The notes under the pieces are model-generated. The model saw only the letters and a list, made by a program, of their open reading frames with translations. It was not told the DNA's origin and ran no database searches. Source: Minisyncoccota bacterium (GTDB taxonomy: Bacteria; Patescibacteriota; Minisyncoccia; Phycocordibacterales; UBA9973). Taken from it: a DNA stretch of 64,000 bases. Positions 16,574-27,044 of this stretch are shown here, piece after piece (within the stretch, counting starts at the first letter, position 1; the number at the start of each line of letters is the position of its first letter). Where the stretch lies: the NCBI GenBank assembly GCA_036169735.1, contig JAVHNX010000033.1, forward strand, positions 27,827 to 91,826, read 5' to 3'. Made by a program: the position numbers and the translations under genes.

Positions 16574-18978
16574 TGAATAAAGAATTTCCTAAAAATGAAG
16601 AAGTTGTAACACTAGAGGCAAACGAAAACCCAGTAGTTTTAGCGATTGAAACAGAAAAAAGTGATCAAGAATTTGCTACTGAAATATTGTCAAAAATTGA
16701 AAATGAAATAAATTCTGAACCGTCATCGCAAGCTGAAATACAAAAAATTGATAACTCTGCTAAACTCAATAATCCTTCCATAAATGAAGAAATAAAAAAG
16801 GAGCTTGATCTTGAAAATAAATTAGGTGATTTGGATAATGAGATGAAAGTTTCTTGCAAAGAAACAAAATCAAAAATTTCTGAAATCAGCGGTTCTGGTA
16901 AAGAAAACCCATTAGAATTATCAGAATTTAGTAAAAGATATAGCACTTTTTACCGTAAACAAATTGCCCAAAAAATAAATAATTTAAGATTTAAATATCA
17001 GACCAAGTTACAGCAAAAGCCAGCCGAAATTGAATCCTCAAAACTTTCTATTTTGGATTTTCAGTCTTTAGTAGAAGAAACAAAAAATAAAAAGACAAGT
17101 GATGAAGAATCTCTAAAAAATCTTCAGGAGCAAAGAAAGATACTTGATTTAGAAATTGAAGAACTAAAAAATAACTTAAATAAAAGAAAAAACTCTTTTG
17201 TTTATAAAATTCGGGAAAAATTTATTTTTAATAAACTTTCTCAGGAAGCCTTTGAGTTACTTCAGTCTGAGGGAATAACGAAAGAGGGCATTAAAGAAAA
17301 GTTATATCAAAAAGATTTTGAAATATTTCAAACAATCAAAGAGAAAAAAGAAGATTTTGACAAACTAGATACTTCTTTACAGAACAAAGAACAAGAAATA
17401 AAAGATAAAAACACATTATTGAAAGAATTAAAAACTTCGATAGAAAATAAATATAAATCAATAAACGAAGCTGAGGAGATCATGAATAGCGATTTTGAAA
17501 TAAAAGAGATAGAAAAAACTATCACAGATTTTTATAGTGAAATGTCAACCCAGAAAAAAAATATCGAAGCTGGAAAAAAAGAAAGGAGTATAGCTGAAAT
17601 TTCAAAAGAAAAAGATGTTTTGTTTTTACACTCAATTCCACTGGAAATTGTAATCGGCAATAGTTTTTCGCAAAATAATCGTTTAGTTGAAACAAATAAA
17701 TTTGGACCAGAAGAAAAAATTAAAATGATTTTGGGAGTTGAACCAACTATTTCTGTTTCTACGATAAATAAGGAAAATCAGACGCTTGTTGGTAATTTCG
17801 GTTTAATTTTTAAGGAAGGGGTAGTATTAAGCGCTTATGCTGGGGATGCCGGCACTTTACTTGATGAAGGGGTCTATAATAGAAAGTCAAAATATGATCA
17901 TAGTTTGCAAACTTCAACAATACAACAAGATATTGGAACAAATTTAGTTCATGCTGTCGGTCATTTACAAAAAAGAGATCCTAAAAGCAATAGTAGTGTG
18001 GAAAGTATGGATCAAGGGTGGAATGAATTAGTTATTGAAAACCCGCAAGCAGCTGGGTTGTTTTATCAAAAAGATAATACTCATCAAATGCCCGGTGACT
18101 TAGCTAAAGCGAAGTATATAAGTAAACAATTAAATTTACCCTTATATATTCTAGATAAAGAAAAAATTTACCAAATAAATGAGGAAACAGAGGATTTAAA
18201 AGAGGTAAATAAGGAATATGTGTTCAGCTCCAGCAAATCTTTGTCAACAGTTGAAAGGAAAAATTTAGTAGAAGAAATGATAGACAAAGAGGCTTTTAAT
18301 AAAAAACTGGAAACTATTTATCAATTTAATGGATACAATGTCGGTAAGACATATTTTAAATTTATGAAAAGGTTTGACTCTGGAGAAAAAGTTTCTGTTG
18401 TACGTGTTGGAAAAAAAGAAGATCTTGAAGATAAAAATGAGATTCTAGAATTTTTTGATACATCTTTTGAAATTAAAACAACTGAGTTCGCAAAAGAACA
18501 GTGGGAACTTTTTGGGAAAAAAGAAGATTGGGAAAAATATGGAGCTTATTATTCTACCTACGACTCAGAGACTGTTTTTAGAACTCAATTTAGTGGTCTA
18601 GCAGTATGGGAACCACATGCAGAATTTATAGTTGAAAGTGATAATATTTCATCGTATATAAATATGGCAGAAAAAGAACTTGAGCGGTTATCAGAACAAG
18701 GAAAAGAATTAAAGAAAGAAGATGGGGACGTTGGTCAAATACCAATAAGAAAAAAATCAGTATTGTTTATTCTTTTTGGGTTTATGGAGGAATGTAAAAA
18801 AGCTGGAGATATTAAAAATTATGAAAAAGCAAAAAATGTAATAGAAAAATTTGGTAATATCAATGAGTGTGAAACTTTTGTTAATAAAAGAGTAGGACAA
18901 GATGGAAAATTTCAATATTTAAACGAAGATGTTCCGATTGAAATTAGAAAAAAAATAAAAGAATTAGACAATGTATAG
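16573..18978 (+). CDS. Large hypothetical protein: about 350-aa K/E-rich coiled-coil N-terminus plus a roughly 450-aa C-terminal domain of unknown function
   Basis: 801-aa uninterrupted ORF with no recognisable catalytic motif. Coding-like composition throughout. Confidence 0.6.
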   Translation: MNKEFPKNEEVVTLEANENPVVLAIETEKSDQEFATEILSKIENEINSEPSSQAEIQKIDNSAKLNNPSINEEIKKELDLENKLGDLDNEMKVSCKETKSKISEISGSGKENPLELSEFSKRYSTFYRKQIAQKINNLRFKYQTKLQQKPAEIESSKLSILDFQSLVEETKNKKTSDEESLKNLQEQRKILDLEIEELKNNLNKRKNSFVYKIREKFIFNKLSQEAFELLQSEGITKEGIKEKLYQKDFEIFQTIKEKKEDFDKLDTSLQNKEQEIKDKNTLLKELKTSIENKYKSINEAEEIMNSDFEIKEIEKTITDFYSEMSTQKKNIEAGKKERSIAEISKEKDVLFLHSIPLEIVIGNSFSQNNRLVETNKFGPEEKIKMILGVEPTISVSTINKENQTLVGNFGLIFKEGVVLSAYAGDAGTLLDEGVYNRKSKYDHSLQTSTIQQDIGTNLVHAVGHLQKRDPKSNSSVESMDQGWNELVIENPQAAGLFYQKDNTHQMPGDLAKAKYISKQLNLPLYILDKEKIYQINEETEDLKEVNKEYVFSSSKSLSTVERKNLVEEMIDKEAFNKKLETIYQFNGYNVGKTYFKFMKRFDSGEKVSVVRVGKKEDLEDKNEILEFFDTSFEIKTTEFAKEQWELFGKKEDWEKYGAYYSTYDSETVFRTQFSGLAVWEPHAEFIVESDNISSYINMAEKELERLSEQGKELKKEDGDVGQIPIRKKSVLFILFGFMEECKKAGDIKNYEKAKNVIEKFGNINECETFVNKRVGQDGKFQYLNEDVPIEIRKKIKELDNV

Positions 18979-19031
18979 GTTTTTACCCTAGAACATTCAT
19001 AAAATTATCTGAAGTATGATAATATATAAAT

Positions 19032-20042
19032 ATGAAAAAAGATGACGTAAAAATAGTATTAACAGGTGATAGACCCACAGGAAAGCTTCATTTAGGGCAT
19101 TTTGTAGGCTCTATTCAGAATAGATTGGTGCTTCAGGAGGAAGCTTCTAAGTCCTTTTATATGGTGGCTGATATGCAAGCGTTTACTGATAATGCCGATA
19201 ACCCAGAAAAAATAAGAATAAACACCTTGGAAGTAGCCTTAGATAACCTAGCTTGTGGACTTGATCCAAAAAAGACCACGATGTTTGTACAGTCACAGAT
19301 ACCAGAAATATCTGAATTAGCTATTTTATTTCTAAACTTAGTAAGTTTGGCTCGATTAAAAAGAAACCCAACAGTAAAAGCAGAGATGCAACAAAAAGGT
19401 TTTGGTGAAGATGTGCCAGCTGGATTTTTAGTTTATCCAATATCACAAGCCGCAGATATTCTTTTTGCAAAAGCAAATATGATTCCTGTGGGCGAAGATC
19501 AGAAGCCTGTGATAGAGCAAGTAAATGAAATAGTGGATATTTTCAACCGTCTCTATGGGGATACATTTAATCATGTGTCATGTTTGATTGGAGACACACC
19601 AAGGCTTGTTGGAACAGATGGTAATGCAAAAATGTCTAAGTCTTTGAATAATGGAATTTATCTTTCTGACTCTGATGAAGTGATAGAAAAAAAAGTAATG
19701 GAAATGTACACAGACCCGAATCATATTCATGTGCAGGATCCAGGCAAGGTAGAAGGTAATGTTGTATTTATGTATCTTGATATTTTTGATGAAGACAAAA
19801 AAGCTGTCGCAGAATTAAAAAAAGAATATGAAAAAGGTGGACTTGGTGATGTAAAGATTAAAAAACATTTAGCAAAAGTTTTATCTAGTTTAATAACTCC
19901 TATCAGAGAAAGAAGAGAAAAGCTCGCAGAAAATCCTAAAGCTGTTATGGAAATACTTGAAGAAGGTACAAAGAAAGCACGCGAGGAAGCGATCAAGACC
20001 TTAAACGAAGTACGTAGAGCTATGAAGATAGATTTCTTCTAA
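19032..20042 (+). CDS. trpS: Tryptophanyl-tRNA synthetase
   Basis: 336 aa. HLGH (HIGH variant) and KMSKS motifs. Class Ic layout. Confidence 0.9.
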   Translation: MKKDDVKIVLTGDRPTGKLHLGHFVGSIQNRLVLQEEASKSFYMVADMQAFTDNADNPEKIRINTLEVALDNLACGLDPKKTTMFVQSQIPEISELAILFLNLVSLARLKRNPTVKAEMQQKGFGEDVPAGFLVYPISQAADILFAKANMIPVGEDQKPVIEQVNEIVDIFNRLYGDTFNHVSCLIGDTPRLVGTDGNAKMSKSLNNGIYLSDSDEVIEKKVMEMYTDPNHIHVQDPGKVEGNVVFMYLDIFDEDKKAVAELKKEYEKGGLGDVKIKKHLAKVLSSLITPIRERREKLAENPKAVMEILEEGTKKAREEAIKTLNEVRRAMKIDFF

Positions 20043-20047
20043 AGAAT

Positions 20048-21862
20048 ATGAAAAAACAAAATAATAAAAAAAGCTTTATTGCTCAAATATTGCAGCTTTT
20101 CCGTCCATTTCGAAAATATGTTTTCATTGTTCTTTTTATATTAATTATTATTCAATTGGTTGGTACTTTGGCTCCTTATTTAATTGGTAAAAGTATTGAT
20201 GCTGTTACTAGAGGAAATATTTCCTTAACTTTTTATCTTTTATTTTTTTCATTTTTAATAGCTGTTTTTCAATCTGTATTTTTATGGTGGTTGAAGGAAC
20301 ATATAGAAATAAAAAAGTTAGATAGTAATATTTTAAAATCTTTTTCGATATCTTCTCTGAATAAGATGCTCCAGTTTTCTATTGGTCAGCATACCAATGA
20401 ACACTCGGGTGTAAAACAAACTATTGTAAATAAAGGACAAAATTCTTTAAGTAATTTGGTTGAAACAGTATTTTATAATTTAGTCCCAAACTTGATTCAA
20501 GTCCTCGTTACTCTAATAATATTGGCTATATTTGATTGGAGAATAGCTTCTATTGCGTTCGTTTTTTCTGCTGTTTATATTATTATTTCTAATAAAAGAA
20601 ACTTACGTATTTATCCAATAGTAGATCAACTTAGGAAAAAACATCAATCTCAAGGAAAAATAGAATCAGAATTATATAGAAATTCTACTCTAGTTATTTC
20701 AGAAGCTCAGGAGCTAAATACAACAAAAAAATTTCAGGGTTTTTGGGATGTAATTACAGATTCTGAAATAAAAACTTGGACTAATTATTTAAAGACTTTT
20801 TATCCACAAAAGATATTTATAATAGTTGGACAATACATTTGTTTAGCTCTCGGTTTGTACTTTATTATTATTGGAGAGCATTCCATAGGTATGATTGTCG
20901 CTCTTTTTGCTTGGGTTGGTACTATTTTTGGAAATCTAACAAATATTATGAGTACACAAAGAAGAATCTTATTTCAAATAGTTGAAATTAAAAAATATTT
21001 TGATTTATTGGATATTGCTCCAGATATTGACTCGAATCCAAATGGAATAATCTTAGAAAATTTAAAAGGCGAAATAGAATTCAAAAATGTAAACTTCGCA
21101 TATCCTTATCGTAAATCAGCAAAGCAAGAAGAAGATGAAGAAGAGGTTGAAGAAAAAGAAGAAGACCATACAGTTTCCGGTATAAATTTTATTATTCCGG
21201 CAGGAGCCAAGATTGGTTTTGTTGGCATGTCTGGTTCTGGAAAGACTACAATTGTGAATCTGCTCAGAAGATATTACGAAGTAACAAGTGGAGAGATATT
21301 AATTGATGGCATTAATATTAAAGATATAAATTTGAAATGGCTTCGTTCCAATATAGGAAATGTTGAACAAAAAATTGATTTGTTCGATATCTCTATTAAA
21401 GACAATATTTTATTTGGATTACCAGTGGATAAAAAAAATATTGATGACAAAAAATTACAGAAAACAATAAAAGATGCATCGTTAACTGGTTTTGTTGAGA
21501 AATTAAAAGACCATGGTTTAGATACAATGATAGGAGAGGGTGGAATAAAAGTTTCTGGTGGAGAAAGACAAAGAATAGGTATTGCAAGAGCTTTGATAAA
21601 GGATCCTAAAATTCTTATTTTTGACGAAGCGACAAGCGCTCTGGATTCATATAATGAAAAATTAATTCACAAAGCAATAAATCATGGAGCAAAAGGTAGG
21701 ACTACAATCATCATTGCCCATCGTCTTTCTACTATCGCTGATGCTGATAAAATCTTTGTTGTGGCTGATGGAAAAATAGTCGGAGAGGGAACTCACACTA
21801 AACTTTCAAAATCTTGTAAACAATATAAAGAGTTATTAAAACACCAGCTTTTTGGGGTTTAA
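20048..21862 (+). CDS. ABC exporter, fused permease/ATPase (MsbA-like)
   Basis: 604 aa. Six TM helices, then NBD with Walker A GMSGSGKTT, signature LSGGERQR, Walker B ILIFDEATSALD. Acidic insert EEDEEEVEEKEED before Walker A. Confidence 0.85.
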   Translation: MKKQNNKKSFIAQILQLFRPFRKYVFIVLFILIIIQLVGTLAPYLIGKSIDAVTRGNISLTFYLLFFSFLIAVFQSVFLWWLKEHIEIKKLDSNILKSFSISSLNKMLQFSIGQHTNEHSGVKQTIVNKGQNSLSNLVETVFYNLVPNLIQVLVTLIILAIFDWRIASIAFVFSAVYIIISNKRNLRIYPIVDQLRKKHQSQGKIESELYRNSTLVISEAQELNTTKKFQGFWDVITDSEIKTWTNYLKTFYPQKIFIIVGQYICLALGLYFIIIGEHSIGMIVALFAWVGTIFGNLTNIMSTQRRILFQIVEIKKYFDLLDIAPDIDSNPNGIILENLKGEIEFKNVNFAYPYRKSAKQEEDEEEVEEKEEDHTVSGINFIIPAGAKIGFVGMSGSGKTTIVNLLRRYYEVTSGEILIDGINIKDINLKWLRSNIGNVEQKIDLFDISIKDNILFGLPVDKKNIDDKKLQKTIKDASLTGFVEKLKDHGLDTMIGEGGIKVSGGERQRIGIARALIKDPKILIFDEATSALDSYNEKLIHKAINHGAKGRTTIIIAHRLSTIADADKIFVVADGKIVGEGTHTKLSKSCKQYKELLKHQLFGV

Positions 21863-21879
21863 AAATTAAATATTTTGTG

Positions 21880-21908
21880 TTGACTTATCACTTTATTCTA
21901 TGTAGTAT
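21880..21908 (+). promoter_or_regulatory. Putative sigma70-type promoter TTGACT-17-TAGTAT upstream of prs
   Basis: Spacing and hexamers seen directly. Lies in the 100-nt intergenic region after the ABC gene. Confidence 0.35.
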
Positions 21909-21962
21909 TTAGTTATAAATTTTCTTTTAAAATAATTAAATATTCACTAAAACCACTATAGT

Positions 21963-22970
21963 ATGAACGGAAAGTCTAATAATCCTTACCCCAAGAAGGT
22001 ATTTGTATTTGGAAACAATACAAAACTTGGTGAAGAAGTAGCAATAGCTTTGGAGGATACTCTATCAAGCTACGACATTAAAATCTTTAAAGACGGAGAA
22101 CGTCTCCCTCATCAAATTGAAACAGTGCGCAGTTGTGATGTATTCATTGTTTTTACAAGCCAGAATGGATCTGAAACTGGTAAATGGCTTATGGATTATT
22201 TACGTTTTGTTCGTGCTATTAAAATGGGACATCCCCATCGTATAACTGTAATTTTGCCTAAATTGCCGCACCAAAGACAAGATGTTGCGAATCACAAGTT
22301 GCGTGAACCAAAAATGTCGGATTTTTATCCGGATTTATTAAAAGCAGCTGGTGCAGATTATATTATAGTTTGCAAACTGCATAACCCAGCAAGCTGTACT
22401 AGTGTTCCACCAATGGATAATGTTGACACCACTTTTTTAATTGTTAACTATATTCGTGAAAATTTTCCTGATTTGTCAAAAGTGGCAATTGCTTCGGGTG
22501 ATATGGGTGGAGCAAAATATGCAAGATCAATTGCAGATAAATTTGATACACCGCTTATTATTACAGACAAAGAGCGCGACTCAGTTTCTGGTAAGACAAA
22601 AGTAATGAAAGTTTACACTTATGGTGAAATCTCTCAACAAATTGATACTGTGATATTTGTTGACGATATAATAAGTACTTTTGGTACCCTGGGTAAAGGA
22701 GCTGAAGCTCTTAGTAAACAGCACCCGGGTATAACTGAATTTTATGCGGCTGCAACTCATGCGGATTTCTGTGAGGAAACTTTGCACAATGTTATTGATT
22801 CAAAATTTAAAGAAGTGTGGGTAACAGATACTGTGCCAGTACATAATTCATTTATATCTGGACTTAACAATTATGGAAAAAAAATCGTTTTTATTTCCGT
22901 AGCAAAGCTTATTGCTAAAGTTATTGATAATGTTCATGACGGTCAACCCATATCAGCTTTATGGGAATAA
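21963..22970 (+). CDS. prs: Ribose-phosphate pyrophosphokinase (PRPP synthetase)-like
   Basis: 335 aa. N-terminal Pribosyltran_N-like region. PRPP-binding loop (VDDIISTFGT). Confidence 0.65.
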   Translation: MNGKSNNPYPKKVFVFGNNTKLGEEVAIALEDTLSSYDIKIFKDGERLPHQIETVRSCDVFIVFTSQNGSETGKWLMDYLRFVRAIKMGHPHRITVILPKLPHQRQDVANHKLREPKMSDFYPDLLKAAGADYIIVCKLHNPASCTSVPPMDNVDTTFLIVNYIRENFPDLSKVAIASGDMGGAKYARSIADKFDTPLIITDKERDSVSGKTKVMKVYTYGEISQQIDTVIFVDDIISTFGTLGKGAEALSKQHPGITEFYAAATHADFCEETLHNVIDSKFKEVWVTDTVPVHNSFISGLNNYGKKIVFISVAKLIAKVIDNVHDGQPISALWE

Positions 22971-22991
22971 TCTAAGTTTTTAATCTTTTAA

Positions 22992-23026
22992 GGGAAACTA
23001 TACTAGTATAGTTTCCCTTTTTTTAT
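22992..23026 (+). terminator. Rho-independent terminator of prs
   Basis: GGGAAACTATAC-TAG-TATAGTTTCCC followed by TTTTTTTATTT. Confidence 0.7.
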
Positions 23027-23093
23027 TTCTTATTTTATGTTAAATTTAATACGTCACATTATAAGAAATCACACGATATAATTCACAAAACCA

Positions 23094-24431
23094 ATGCAAA
23101 ACAGAACATATATTAAAGATTTAGATAAGAAAGTCGGAGAAGAAGTTATTTTGGCTGGATGGGTAAATATCCGTCGCGATCAAGGTAAAATGGTTTTTTT
23201 TGATATTCGTGATATGACCGGAAAAATTCAATGTGTCACACTTCCAAACAGTGAAGGTATTACACAAGCTAAAGAAATTCGTCCAGAATGGGTTTTGAAG
23301 GTAACTGGTAAAATAAACGCTCGTCCTGAAAAAAATGTTAATAAAGATATACAGAATGGAACTATTGAACTTGAAGTTCTGCAAATTGAAGTTTTAGCAG
23401 AAGCTGCAACACTTCCTTTTGATATGTCACTTGAAGGATACAACTTAGACCTTGTTACTGAATTGGATAACCGAGCTTTGGCTATCAGACATCCCAAAAA
23501 CCAAGCAATATTTAAAATCAAAGAAACCGTTATTGATTCTTTTAGAGAATTCATGAAACAAAATATGTTTTTTGAATTTCAGGCTCCTAGTATTGTACCT
23601 GCTACAGCCGAAGGTGGTGCAGAAGTTTTTCAAGTTAATTATTTTGATAAGAAAGCATTTCTTTCTCAATCTCCTCAACTTTACAAACAAATAGTAATGT
23701 CAGCATTTGAAAGATGTTACTCTGTGAATAAGGTCTTTAGAGCTGAGCCTAGTACAACAACTCGACACTTAACAGAAATAATATCTCTCGATGCTGAAAT
23801 GGGTTTTATTGATGGTTGGAAAGATGTACGTGATATGGCTGAAGGCACTATCCGCCATATTTTGGAACAAATAAAAGAAAAGAACGCAGAACATTTAAAA
23901 ATACTTAAAGTGGAACTGCCTGTGATGATAGAATACACACCAACAATGTCATTAACTGAAGCTCACCAAAAAATATTTGATATATACGGAAGAGATAATA
24001 GAGGAGATAAAGACCTAAGTTCACAAGACGAAGTGGAAATTTCTGAAATAGTTAAAAAAGAAACTGGTTCTGATTTTGTTTTCGTTTACGGTTACCCAAC
24101 ACGCCAAAAACCTTTTTATGTTTTTCCAAGTGAAGAAAATCCCGAATTTAATGAAGGAGTAGATTTGGTTTGTCGTGGACGTGAATTGTTGAGTGGAGGA
24201 AGAAGAATAAACAAATATGACCAGCTTATGGAACATGTGAAAATATGGGATATGGATCCAAACAAAATAAAAATGTTCTTGGATGCTTTTAAATATGGAG
24301 TACCACCCGAAGGAGGCTTCGCTTTTGGTGCAGAACGTATTACTATGCAATTTTTAAACCTCGCAAATGTTCGTGAAGCATGTCTTTTTCCTCGAGACAT
24401 GAATAGAATAGATGAAAGTCTTTCTGAATAA
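23094..24431 (+). CDS. aspS: Class IIb aspartyl-tRNA synthetase of the archaeal/eukaryal type (AsnRS not excluded)
   Basis: 445 aa. OB anticodon-binding domain. Class II motifs 1 to 3 (FRAE, GGRR, GFAFGAERI). The presence of gatB in the window favours a non-discriminating AspRS. Confidence 0.7.
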   Translation: MQNRTYIKDLDKKVGEEVILAGWVNIRRDQGKMVFFDIRDMTGKIQCVTLPNSEGITQAKEIRPEWVLKVTGKINARPEKNVNKDIQNGTIELEVLQIEVLAEAATLPFDMSLEGYNLDLVTELDNRALAIRHPKNQAIFKIKETVIDSFREFMKQNMFFEFQAPSIVPATAEGGAEVFQVNYFDKKAFLSQSPQLYKQIVMSAFERCYSVNKVFRAEPSTTTRHLTEIISLDAEMGFIDGWKDVRDMAEGTIRHILEQIKEKNAEHLKILKVELPVMIEYTPTMSLTEAHQKIFDIYGRDNRGDKDLSSQDEVEISEIVKKETGSDFVFVYGYPTRQKPFYVFPSEENPEFNEGVDLVCRGRELLSGGRRINKYDQLMEHVKIWDMDPNKIKMFLDAFKYGVPPEGGFAFGAERITMQFLNLANVREACLFPRDMNRIDESLSE

Positions 24432-24435
24432 AGTA

Positions 24436-24462
24436 GCCGCGCTTTAATCGTCGTTGCGCGGC
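24436..24462 (+). terminator. GC-rich hairpin GCCGCGC-N13-GCGCGGC between aspS and pepN; weak terminator or attenuator
   Basis: 7-bp all-GC stem. No strong downstream T-run. Confidence 0.3.
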
Positions 24463-24479
24463 ATAATTTCGCAAAATTA

Positions 24480-27044
24480 ATGATAAAAAAATCCAAGGTA
24501 AGATTAGCTAAACATATCTTTCCATTACACTATGAGATAACCTTAAGGCCTGATTTGGAAGCGCATACATTTTCAGGGGATGAAATAATTCAAATAAATA
24601 CAGACAAGGCTGTTAAAGAAATTACTCTTCATTCAAAAGAATTAAATATTAGTAGTGCAGAAATTATTTCTGGTAAAGAAAAAATTCTAGCTAGTAAGAT
24701 TACTTATAACACTGGACTAGAAACTGTTACTTTTGTTTTTTCAAAAAAAATAAATAAAGGTAAAATTATGCTCCATATACACTTCCTGGGAATCCTTGCA
24801 GATAATATGCGTGGATTTTACAAGAGTAAATATATCGTAGATGGAAAAGAACGTTTTATGGCGACGACTCAATTTGAGGCTACAGATGCACGTCGTTGTA
24901 TTCCTTGTTTTGATGAACCTTCTCAAAAGGCAGTTTTTAAAGTGCACCTAGTTATCCCAAATGACAAAACTGCTATTTCAAATACTTTACCATCAATAAT
25001 AAAAGAGCATGATGCAGGTTTTAAAATTGTCTCTTTTGATGAAACACCTAAAATGTCTACTTATCTCTTGGCTTTTATTGTTGGAGATTTTGAGTGGATA
25101 GAGAAAAAAACAAAGTCAGGAGTATTGGTTCGTGTAATGACTATCCCAGGTAAAAAACATCAAGCTTCTTTTTCTCTTGATGTAACAGTGCGTTGTTTAG
25201 AATTTTATGAAAAATATTTTAATATTCCTTACCCTCTAAATACTCTCGATATGATTGCAATTCCAGATTTCTCTGCACTTGCTATGGAGAACTGGGGAGC
25301 AATTACTTTCCGCGAGGTTGGACTCTTGGTTGATGAAAAAAATACTTCTACAGCTTCAAAAGAACTTGTTGCTATTGTTATTGCTCATGAACTGGCTCAT
25401 CAGTGGTTTGGTAATTTAGTAACCATGGAATGGTGGACACATTTATGGCTCAATGAAGGGTTTGCTTCTTATATCCCATACCTTGCTATTAGTGAACTTT
25501 TCCCTGAATGGAACATTTGGGAACAATTTGCGACAGATGATTTGGCTATAGCTCTAAAGTTAGATGCATTAAATAATACCCATCCAATCGAAATTGATGT
25601 TCATAATCCAGATGAAATTGGTGAAATTTTTGATGCAGTTTCTTATAGTAAAGGTGCGACAGTCATCCGTATGCTCGCTGATTATTTAGGAGAGGAGAGT
25701 TTTCGTGATGGTCTTCGATATTATTTAAAAAAGCATAGTTATAAAAATGCTTCGACGATACATCTCTGGGATGCACTTGAAAAAGTTTCCAAAAGACCAG
25801 TTAAAAAAATGATGACTATTTGGACTTTGAAATCTGGCTACCCAGTTATTTCAATAAAAGAAAAAGGGGATAAATTAGAAATTTCTCAAGAAAGATATTT
25901 TTCAAGTGAGGGAAGCAGAAAAGCTAGTAAAGATAAAACAGTTTGGCCTATTCCACTTTCTGTTGTGACAAAAAATGGTGAACAAAAATTACCATTAATG
26001 ACGTCAAAAAAGATAAATATACCAAAATTATCTGATGATTGGTTTAAGTTTAATTTTAATGAAAGTGGTCTTTATAGGACGAATTACGACGCAAAAATAC
26101 TAAAAGCTTTAAGTGAACCAATAAAACAGAAAAAAATATCTAGTGTTGATAGACTTGGGATTATCCGTGATTTATTTGCTTTTGGAGAAGCAGGAATAAT
26201 ACCTTCAACACAAGTTTTTGAAACTTGTTTGCTTTATAAAGATGAAAAGGAATATGTTGTTTGGATTGAAATAATTTCTGGGCTTCGTTATATCGCTAGT
26301 TTATTAGCTGGATCAAAAAATGAAGAGTTATTTAAAAAATATTCTCGTGAAATTTTGTCGAATATTGTGTCTCACGTTGGTTGGAAAAATAAAAAAGATG
26401 AAACTCATAATGAATCACTTCTTCGACCACTTATTTTAGGTGCTGGTTCATATTTTGGAGATAAAAAAATAATAGCGGAAGCTAAAAAAATATTCAATAA
26501 TAGGAAAAAACAATCCATTGACGCTGATCTTCGTGGAATAGTTTATTCTACTTTTGTTCGTGAGGGTGGTGAAAAGGAATATAAAATAATTCTTAATATG
26601 TATAAAAATGAAATTATGCATGAAGAGAAAAACCGTCTGCTTGGAGCTCTCGGTTCATCACGCAATGAAAATTTATTAAAAAGAACCCTAGATTTTATTA
26701 TTACAGATGCAGTTCGTATGCAAGATAGAAATAGTGCTTTTGCAAGTGTTTTAGTAAACATTCATGGACGTATTATTGGTTGGGAGTTTTTAAAAAATAA
26801 TTGGAAAAATATAGGGGAGGCTTATGGAGAAGGTAATCACTTGCTTTCAAGATTAATTTCATTATTAAATCGTAATACAACCAAGGTTGCTTATAATGAT
26901 ATTAAAAAATTCTTTAAAACCCACAGTGCGCCGTCTGCTGATCGTACTATCCTTCAAACCTTAGAACATATTGATTCAAATATTATGTGGCTGAAAAGAG
27001 ATGAAAAGAAGATTAAATTATGGTTAAATAACTATTATGGATAA
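24480..27044 (+). CDS. pepN: Aminopeptidase N (M1 family zinc metallopeptidase)
   Basis: 854 aa. GAMEN-like segment. HELAHQWFGN ... NEGFA (HEXXH-18-E). Confidence 0.9.
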   Translation: MIKKSKVRLAKHIFPLHYEITLRPDLEAHTFSGDEIIQINTDKAVKEITLHSKELNISSAEIISGKEKILASKITYNTGLETVTFVFSKKINKGKIMLHIHFLGILADNMRGFYKSKYIVDGKERFMATTQFEATDARRCIPCFDEPSQKAVFKVHLVIPNDKTAISNTLPSIIKEHDAGFKIVSFDETPKMSTYLLAFIVGDFEWIEKKTKSGVLVRVMTIPGKKHQASFSLDVTVRCLEFYEKYFNIPYPLNTLDMIAIPDFSALAMENWGAITFREVGLLVDEKNTSTASKELVAIVIAHELAHQWFGNLVTMEWWTHLWLNEGFASYIPYLAISELFPEWNIWEQFATDDLAIALKLDALNNTHPIEIDVHNPDEIGEIFDAVSYSKGATVIRMLADYLGEESFRDGLRYYLKKHSYKNASTIHLWDALEKVSKRPVKKMMTIWTLKSGYPVISIKEKGDKLEISQERYFSSEGSRKASKDKTVWPIPLSVVTKNGEQKLPLMTSKKINIPKLSDDWFKFNFNESGLYRTNYDAKILKALSEPIKQKKISSVDRLGIIRDLFAFGEAGIIPSTQVFETCLLYKDEKEYVVWIEIISGLRYIASLLAGSKNEELFKKYSREILSNIVSHVGWKNKKDETHNESLLRPLILGAGSYFGDKKIIAEAKKIFNNRKKQSIDADLRGIVYSTFVREGGEKEYKIILNMYKNEIMHEEKNRLLGALGSSRNENLLKRTLDFIITDAVRMQDRNSAFASVLVNIHGRIIGWEFLKNNWKNIGEAYGEGNHLLSRLISLLNRNTTKVAYNDIKKFFKTHSAPSADRTILQTLEHIDSNIMWLKRDEKKIKLWLNNYYG

